DNA of 63,620 bases, counting the filler, from Octopus bimaculoides (lineage: Eukaryota): the NCBI RefSeq assembly GCF_001194135.2. It is 6 parts of 6 records of this genome, joined end to end, with 100 filler letters (N's around TTAATTAATTAA, not from the genome) between each part and the next. Parts side by side here need not be neighbours in the genome. Positions count along the whole stretch, not along the records: positions 49,825 to 60,325 come from NW_026423728.1; positions 60,426 to 62,467 come from NW_026417263.1; positions 62,568 to 63,620 come from NC_069010.1; 3 more parts are not named here. The stretch is one strand, 5' to 3'. This document shows, one piece after another, positions 55,025 to 63,620 of this stretch. Below the pieces are notes generated by a model. The model did no database searches, was not told where the DNA came from, and was given only the letters and a program-made list of their open reading frames with translations. Both the position numbers and the translations under genes were made by a program. How positions within the stretch are numbered: position 1 is the first letter of the stretch; every line of letters begins with the position of its first letter.

Positions 55025-55320
55025 CAGACAGATAGACGAAATTACGTTTAAATAAGACTAATATTTATATACGTATTCATTTGTGTAGTTTTGGGTATAA
55101 GTATTTCTTGGCACATATATATTAACACGTACAGATGCGTATGCAGGTTTGTATGCGTAACCGTAATGTATGCCTATGTGTGTGTGTGTGTGTGCTCACA
55201 TGCTTCTGTGTTTATATTCAGGAATATGCTTATTTATATATTTATGAGCATTCGGAAGAGACCACACATGTATGTAGATATGTATACATATATACGTTTT
55301 AACCCATTTCTGCGTGTTTC

Positions 55321-55375
<55 letters not shown>

Positions 55376-56139
55376 GTCTGTCACTCTGTCTGTCTGTCTG
55401 TCTGTCTGTCTATCGATCCATCGATCGATTTACCTATATATCTATGTATATATCAATCTGATTGTGCGCCTATCTCTCTGTCTCTCTGTTTCACTACAAG
55501 CCTGCCTCTACATCTATTTCTCTTACCTCTCTCTATATTTATTACTCCTATCATATATATATATGTATATGTATATATATATATATTTACACGGACACTT
55601 GCATACGTACATATTTAAATGCATATATGTGCATATGTCATATATTATATATATTCATATATATATATATATACTTTACGTTTATGATATGTATGCATGC
55701 ATGTGTGTCTGTATGTATGTATGCGTATGTATGTATGTCTGTGTGTGTGTGTCTGTCTATGAGTGTGTACATGGGTATGTGAATATACGTGAATGTATGT
55801 GTAATACGCTAAAGAATAGTTTTGGCTTGTTTCTAAAAGCTTTTAAAAGCCGAATATCTCAATGCTAAAAGCTTTCAGCAATGTTGATGGGTAGAAATGC
55901 GAAAAGTCTCTCAGAAGCTAAAACCAAAAATATTAACCATTGTTCATTGTAATTTTTCAAAAATTTCAGAAATTATAAATAACAACTTGTGTCTCAATTG
56001 AACACATGATGGTGAAGAAAAATATCTTTGGAACGATGTCTGGCCTTCACAATGGTTAAAGGAGAGCAGTGAAGACCACAATAACAAGGACAAGAATCAT
56101 AACATAAACAAATAGGCAAGAAGCAAGGAACAAACAACA

Positions 56140-57260
56140 ATGAAAAAAGAAAACTACAGGAACAAGAACAACGATAACAATAACCACTACCACAATTGTA
56201 ACTACAAACACTACCACCACCACCACCACCACCACCACCACCACCACCACCACAAACATCACCATAACAAGAACCGTATTATTAGGAACNNNNNNNNNNN
56301 NNNNNNNNNNNNNNNNNNNNNNNNNNNNNNNNNNNNNNNNNNNNNNNNNNNNNNNNNNNNNNNNNNNNNNNNNNNNNNNNNNNNNNNNNNNNNNNNNNNN
56401 NNNNNNNNNNNNNNNNNNNNNNNNNNNNNNNNNNNNNNNNNNNNNNNNNNNNNNNNNNNNNNNNNNNNNNNNNNNNNNNNNNNNNNNNNNNNNNNNNNNN
56501 NNNNNNNNNNNNNNNNNNNNNNNNNNNNNNNNNNNNNNNNNNNNNNNNNNNNNNNNNNNNNNNNNNNNNNNNNNNNNNNNNNNNNNNNNNNNNNNNNNNN
56601 NNNNNNNNNNNNNNNNNNNNNNNNNNNNNNNNNNNNNNNNNNNNNNNNNNNNNNNNNNNNNNNNNNNNNNNNNNNNNNNNNNNNNNNNNNNNNNNNNNNN
56701 NNNNNNNNNNNNNNNNNNNNNNNNNNNNNNNNNNNNNNNNNNNNNNNNNNNNNNNNNNNNNNNNNNNNNNNNNNNNNNNNNNNNNNNNNNNNNNNNNNNN
56801 NNNNNNNNNNNNNNNNNNNNNNNNNNNNNNNNNNNNNNNNNNNNNNNNNNNNNNNNNNNNNNNNNNNNNNNNNNNNNNNNNNNNNNNNNNNNNNNNNNNN
56901 NNNNNNNNNNNNNNNNNNNNNNNNNNNNNNNNNNNNNNNNNNNNNNNNNNNNNNNNNNNNNNNNNNNNNNNNNNNNNNNNNNNNNNNNNNNNNNNNNNNN
57001 NNNNNNNNNNNNNNNNNNNNNNNNNNNNNNNNNNNNNNNNNNNNNNNNNNNNTAATAATAATAATAATAATAATAAAGATGATAATCATGATGACGATGG
57101 CGATAACGAAGATTGACAAAGGATGATGATGGTGATGATGAAGGATGATAATGATGGTGGTGGTGGTGGTGGTGGCGGCGGCGGCGGCGGTTGTGGTGGC
57201 GGTGGTGGTGGTGATGATGATGATGATGATAAATATAATAATGAATGAATGAATGAATAA
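56140..57260. repeat. Compound trinucleotide repeats (AAC/CAC/AAT/GAT/GGT) around a gap
   Basis: Visible; source of the poly-H/N/I pseudo-ORFs. Confidence 0.9.
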
Positions 57261-57746
57261 ACAAACTTAGAAGCTAAGGAAACGAATATTTTGCTGAAAT
57301 GACAGTAACAACAATATCAACAACATTATTCTATGAAAACAAGGAGATGTGCGAACAATACCCACACCATCACCACCAACACTGGCACCAACTACAAAAG
57401 CAATAACTGAAATAGCAACAAGGAAATCATCATTAGTAGCAGTGCAAGCAACAACAGAAACAAGTGTAGCCACAACAGCTGTAGCCGTGCAGTTGTATTG
57501 ACGGAAGTTTTAAAACCTAAGATGCGAAGAAAGAATAAAGGACAAATGGAACTGAAATATAAATAACAACAATAAGGAGGCCATTAGTAACGACAAACAT
57601 AGACTCTAGTAATAGTAATAGTAATACAAGGAGAAACAGCAACAAAGGAAATGCCAGTGTAAAAGCATTAGCAACAACAATATCGTTCGCATCAATGAGA
57701 GTCAGTCACACGAGCAACAGCATAACACAAGGATAAACGTAAATCA

Positions 57747-57777
<31 letters not shown>

Positions 57778-58404
57778 GAATGATGATGCAAACAACATTA
57801 GCAGCTACAAGACCAATATCAACAGCGATAGCAACAAGAACACAAGCAGCAGTAACAGGAACAACTCAAAACATTAGCAACTACAAGAGCTACAAGATAG
57901 CCAATAGTAAAATTCCTGTACATATATATATATATATATANNNNNNNNNNNNNNNNNNNNNNNNNNNNNNNNNNNNNNNNNNNNNNNNNNNNNNNNNNNN
58001 NNNNNNNNNNNNNNNNNNNNNNNNNNNNNNNNNNNNNNNNNNNNNNNNNNNNNNNNNNNNNNNNNNNNNNNNNNNNNNNNNNNNNNNNNNNNNNNNNNNN
58101 NNNNNNNNNNNNNNNNNNNNNNNNNNNNNNNNNNNNNNNNNNNNNNNNNNNNNNNNNNNNNNNNNNNNNNNNNNNNNNNNNNNNNNNNNNNNNNNNNNNN
58201 NNNNNNNNNNNNNNNNNNNNNNNNNNNNNNNNNNNNNNNNNNNNNNNNNNNNNNNNNNNNNNNNNNNNNNNNNNNNNNNNNNNNNNNNNNNNNNNNNNNN
58301 NNNNNNNNNNNNNNNNNNNNNNNNNNNNNNNNNNNNNNNNNNNNNNNNNNNNNNNNNNNNNNNNNNNNNNNNNNNNNNNNNNNNNNNNNNNNNNNNNNNN
58401 NNNN

Positions 58405-58456
<52 letters not shown>

Positions 58457-60287
58457 TGTGTGTATGTATGTATGTATTTATAAACAACACATTCAACATT
58501 GTCATCAAGGAAACGATATTCTTGTCAGCATCAGAGGCTTAGGATGATTTTGGCTGGAAGGCCGTTGATCATACGCCTGCGGCATTAGATCTTAGCGGGT
58601 GTTAATCATCAAGGACATCAACAACACAGGAGTATCTACAACAACAGCAGCAGCAGCAGCAGCAGTAACAAACTATCCTGGGAAGCATTTCACTTGAATG
58701 ATGAAGGCGGGCAGGACATGTATTTGTTGTTAATTGTATATTCATTATCTAAGACTTTTGAAAGGATGTTATGTGCCTGATTGGTCGAAGGTGCGCTATT
58801 TGCTTTACTAAAACTATCCATGTATCGCTCAAGGTAACAAGAGGCACCATAAATCCTAACATGATCGCTAAGCTGCTAGAAATAGCAACGAAATACATAT
58901 TAACTGTCTTCTCTGCCGTCTTAGACGATGACGTTCTGTATACATTTAAAAGGTTGTGGTTGTCATGGCTAGAATGCGTTTTTATCATAAGCCAGCCTAA
59001 TCGAACTTGGCCAAAGGCTACATAGCAACAGCAACTACAGGAATGACACAAGATCTAGAACAATCTGTGTTATACTCTCATATACACTTCCAGTTTGCGT
59101 ACCTGTATCTTTTCGACAGTTATTGTTGGTCAGTTTACGTCCTGTAACTTAGCGGTTTGGGAAAACACACCAATAGAAGATAGGCCAGACTTAAAAAGGA
59201 AAAAAAAAAAAAGAAAAAAGAAAACATTGGTCGCAGTCCAATGACTGAAACGTAAAAGAATAAAAGAAAAACGCAAAATCAACGAAGACAAGATATAAAA
59301 TACGAAACGAAACACACAAAAATATATATAAATATAAATATATAAAATAATAAATATATATGAAATACATAAAGATATAGCAGTATATATAATATATATG
59401 AAATATATATAAATATGTATATAACATATATAAAAACAAAATGAAGAAAATAACAATTATCGTTGATAAAGTCAAGAGATGTTTGGTTTTTAATCACGCA
59501 TCTACGTTCTGAGTTTAAACTCTGTTCAGATTCACAGAACTTTTCAATCGTACGTGTTCGATAAAAGAAATAGTGACGAAGTACAGAGATGATTAAATAT
59601 GACATGAAGGCTATACTCTAGATCCGGCTTGACCACAGTTCAGTCACAGAATGCAGAAAATCAGTGAAACAATAATCGGAATTACGAATTTGAAGAATGT
59701 AACCATAACGGTTTTTCCCTATAGTTACAGAGCTAAAGATTCTCGGTGAAACACCACTTGGATTATATATATCGGCGCCAAATTTCGTGGGGGCACACGG
59801 CTTAACGATTAGAATGCCGTACTCATGATCGTAAGATAGTGGTTTCCACACCTCGACCATGCGGGGCATTGTGCTCTTGAACAAAACACTTTATTCAAGA
59901 ACTGGTCAAGTCCAATCAGTTGACAGAAAAGAGTACTCCACTACGGACCGGAGCCCGTCCAAATGAATGTATACTCCCTAAAATCCATGAAGGACCTTCG
60001 ACACATATATGAAACATGCGTATATATAGTGGCAGTTGGATGGATGTGTGTGTTTCGATTTCTCCAGTTTTTCTTCTTTCTTTTCTCTTCATCTCTAATC
60101 TATCGTCCAGAGAAAGAGAAAATGCTATTCATGATCTTTGCTTCTTTTCTCCCATTTCCTGAGCGTCGAACTAATATCAACTGTTTATTTTTACCTAGTC
60201 TTTGTGTTGTATTTTTCTTCACATTGCAGCATTATGTATATATATATTCATTGTGTGTGTGTGTGTGTGCATTCACACACACACACA

Positions 60288-60325
<38 letters not shown>

Positions 60326-60425
60326 NNNNNNNNNNNNNNNNNNNNNNNNNNNNNNNNNNNNNNNNNNNNTTAATTAATTAANNNNNNNNNNNNNNNNNNN
60401 NNNNNNNNNNNNNNNNNNNNNNNNN
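60326..60425. other. Artificial scaffold-join spacer
   Basis: 44N-TTAATTAATTAA-44N. Confidence 0.95.
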
Positions 60426-62015
60426 TTCATCAGAGACGATGTGAGATGTTTAAATGGAGGGAAATATTAAAGTTCAATAGAAGGAGTAAGTTTGGGAAAG
60501 GAAAGAAATGAGGAGTGTAGAAGGAAATAGGAGAATGAATGAAGAAATAGAAATAAAAATATATGAAGATTTTATAGTCGCAGTTCCATCATCCAAAGAA
60601 AATGGTGTGTAGAAGTGGTAGAAATGTTTCTAGTCACAAGATATTCTGCACATTATTTTGTCCGCTGTGCTGACGACTCGGCCAGCTCACCAGGCGAATT
60701 GGAGGATTTGTTAGAACTGTCGTCGGACAAATTATTTCGTATTGGGGGTTATCGTTCCGATGACGTGTGCTATGAGTTCGAATCCAGCCGAGGCCTAACC
60801 AGCCTTTCGTTGTTTCCAAGGTAGATTTTTAAAAAAAACAGTAACAACAAAAAGTGCTTATCTACGTCGGTGGATTAGCGGAACTGCAAGAACATCAGAC
60901 CAGATGCCTTGCAGTCAGTGTTTGTCGCGACTCAGAGTTCCTAGTTCAAATCTCTCCTTGTCCTCTCCATTAGTGCGCTTGTCACATGTTTTAATACCAC
61001 TAACTGCTGGGTTGGGTTCCTTTAGAAGACCCCACTTTCTTGTATCTGGGTCAGGATTCCTATTTGACAGTACCTCCCTCCCTCACTACCCTTCCATCTC
61101 CCCCCTCCCCTCTCCCTCTCTCGCTCTCCTACCAGTCTCAAAGGCTCTATAACAGGCCATAGTGCTTGTCTTTTTTCTTGACTAAGATATAAAGAAAAAA
61201 AAATAACATAAACCAACGAGAAAGTCACCTTCCGGACCCGCTGAAAATAGCAGCCACATACCGTCTTAAAATATCAGCAAACAGATGGGATGGTCTCGAC
61301 TGGAAAACCTTTGATCAAGGGTGTGCTGAAGCAGGGGTTGAACTGGGGTTAAACAACGACTAAAATATTTCATATCTAAGGGACAGCCGTTGAAGCAGGG
61401 GAAGTGGTACAGAGCAGGAAGTGGTCGTTGCCCCGTTTTACTATCGAAGGTCAGTTGTACCTATTAACCCTTGGTAAGGAACTGTGGAAAGAGGCGAGGT
61501 TGGGGGAGGGCAAGGATGAGGTTGTTTAAGGGCAGCGTGTTGATAGTGGGATGTGCGGGGGCATTGGCGGTGAGGCGACATAAATTGACACAAGAAAAAG
61601 ANNNNNNNNNNNNNNNNNNNNNNNNNNNNNNNNNNNNNNNNNNNNNNNNNNNNNNNNNNNNNNNNNNNNNNNNNNNNNNNNNNNNNNNNNNNNNNNNNNN
61701 NNNNNNNNNNNNNNNNNNNNNNNNNNNNNNNNNNNNNNNNNNNNNNNNNNNNNNNNNNNNNNNNNNNNNNNNNNNNNNNNNNNNNNNNNNNNNNNNNNNN
61801 NNNNNNNNNNNNNNNNNNNNNNNNNNNNNNNNNNNNNNNNNNNNNNNNNNNNNNNNNNNNNNNNNNNNNNNNNNNNNNNNNNNNNNNNNNNNNNNNNNNN
61901 NNNNNNNNNNNNNNNNNNNNNNNNNNNNNNNNNNNNNNNNNNNNNNNNNNNNNNNNNNNNNNNNNNNNNNNNNNNNNNNNNNNNNNNNNNNNNNNNNNNN
62001 NNNNNNNNNNNNNNN

Positions 62016-62074
<59 letters not shown>

Positions 62075-62467
62075 GGATACGCATTATAACAACCACAGGC
62101 GTCTGATCCTGATAACACGTATATGTGTATTTGTGTTTTGTGATAGATAACCATTTTTTTATGTACCTGTAAGCGCATGCGTAGTATGTTTGATGAATAT
62201 GTGTAGATATCTGTATATCCGTATGTGTTCGTTCGTGTATGTGTGTCTATGTGTGTTTCTCTGTGTATGTATGTATGCGTGCGATGATTATATCCATATC
62301 CGTATCTATTCGTATATATTTGTACGTTGTGCAGGATGTACGTATATTTTTGTATGTACGCCTCGTGTTCGTTATTGCAATATGTGCATGTGTGCGCGTG
62401 ATCGTGTGTATATATGTGGTGTGTGTAAATACGTGTGCATGTTTACATATATGGGTGCATATGTGCG

Positions 62468-62567
62468 NNNNNNNNNNNNNNNNNNNNNNNNNNNNNNNNN
62501 NNNNNNNNNNNTTAATTAATTAANNNNNNNNNNNNNNNNNNNNNNNNNNNNNNNNNNNNNNNNNNNN
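62468..62567. other. Artificial scaffold-join spacer
   Basis: 44N-TTAATTAATTAA-44N. Confidence 0.95.
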
Positions 62568-62584
62568 AAAAAAAAAAAAAAAAA

Positions 62585-62700
62585 ATCTATTTAAGTAGCT
62601 TGCTTACAAACCACATGGTTCCGGGTTCAGTCCCGCTGCGTGGCACCTTGGGCAAGTGTCTTCTACTATAGCCTCGGGCCGACCAAAGCCTTGTGAGTGG
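62585..62700 (+). mobile_element. SINE family A head
   Basis: Near-identical to 63310-63425. Confidence 0.85.
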
Positions 62701-62728
62701 ACAATAGCCCCGAGTTGACTGGAAACAA

Positions 62729-62995
62729 AGGACACATTAGATAATGTAGTCCTAGATACACTATGTCTGGATAAAAGACAGGATGGTCATAGCTGGAGCA
62801 TCTTTGATCATAGGTTTGTCTGGATCAGGACTGACCTGGGGCTAAACTATAGCAACAAGGAAGGACACATTATATAATGTAGTCCTAGATACACTATGTC
62901 TGGATAAAAGACAGGATGGTCACAGCTGGGACATCTTGGATGATAGGTCTGCCTGGATCAGGACTGACCTGTGGCTAAACAACAACAACAACAAC
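62729..62995 (+). repeat. Tandem duplicate of a roughly 130-bp retroelement 3' end with (AAC)n tail
   Basis: GGACACATTA...GACTGACCTG(G/T)GGCTAAAC occurs twice; older relatives at about 25980-26085, 28390-28460 (minus) and 61260-61360. Confidence 0.8.
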
Positions 62996-63294
62996 CAGAA
63001 AGGAGTACAAAAGAGAGAGGACTTACTCGTGCACATAAAGATGGCACAAAAATGGTCGGCATATCGAAGCCAGTTCTATTCAAGCCTGGCCTTTTACATA
63101 ATTCTTGGACAATTTGCATCATGACCCGCTGAAAAGATAATAGAAATATACATCATTATATACATCATTATATATAGACAAACACATGCACTATATATAC
63201 ACAGACACATATATATGTAGCGGCTTCATTTAGGTATAGAGTACATTCGAACCTGAATCGGCAATTTTCCCATAATATTTTTCAACAGCACATA

Positions 63295-63620
63295 GGCGTA
63301 GGAGTGGCTGTGTGGTAAGTAGCTTGCTTACCAACCACATGGTTCCGGGTTCAGTCCCACTGCGTGGCACCTCGGACAAGTGTCTTCTACTATAGCCTCG
63401 GGCAGGCCAAAGCCTTGTGAGTGGATTTGGTAGACAGAAACTGTAAGAAGCCCATCGTATATATGTATAGGCGCAGGAGTGGCTGTGTGGTAAGTAGCTT
63501 GCTTACGAACTGCATGGTTCCGGGTTCAGTCCCACTGTGTGGCACCTCGAACAAGTGTCTTCTACTATAGCCTCGGGCAGACCAAAGCCTTGTGAGTGGA
63601 TTTGGTAGACAGAAACTGTA
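63295..63620 (+). mobile_element. Two head-to-tail SINE family A copies
   Basis: Copies start at 63295 and 63470; the second begins inside the TA tract of the first. Confidence 0.9.

Noticed and set aside
59618-59884. 88-aa minus-strand ORF and an overlapping hydrophobic mini-ORF (MVTFFKFVIPIIVSLIFCIL)
   Set aside because: No recognisable homology, the 5' part overlaps a SINE head, and there is no convincing splice pair.
62729-62995. CRISPR-like or satellite array
   Set aside because: Only two adjacent copies of a retroelement 3' end, with no spacers; eukaryotic context.

Overview
AT-rich, microsatellite-dense animal genomic DNA; the SINE families and repeat landscape suggest an octopus/cephalopod draft assembly (inference). 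Five identical 100-bp spacers (44 N + TTAATTAATTAA + 44 N) split the window into six probably unlinked scaffolds. Only the 9069-38641 scaffold has recognisable host genes: the 5' exons of WDR24 (minus strand, one GC-AG intron), an intronless histone H3.3, and the 5' exons of MMUT (plus strand). WDR24 and MMUT both run off the scaffold ends. The main oddity is the H3.3 gene. Its protein has the replacement-variant signature (S31, A87-A88-I89-G90), yet the gene is built like a replication-dependent histone gene, with CCAAT/TATA promoter, no intron and a 3' stem-loop. A 94-bp perfect inverted copy of its upstream flank runs into a nearby gap, hinting at a collapsed second copy. The second notable signal is a set of small Penelope-like elements with minimal hammerhead-ribozyme cores showing C-G, U-A and G-C covariation at the 3-8 pair; one is fused to a tRNA-like Pol III head. 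The rest is tRNA-SINEs, decayed LINEs (RTE with a PHD-like insert, CR1, R4/Dong-like in AAT repeats), mariner and hAT remnants, MITEs and simple repeats. Most ORFs in the supplied track are microsatellite or gap artefacts.
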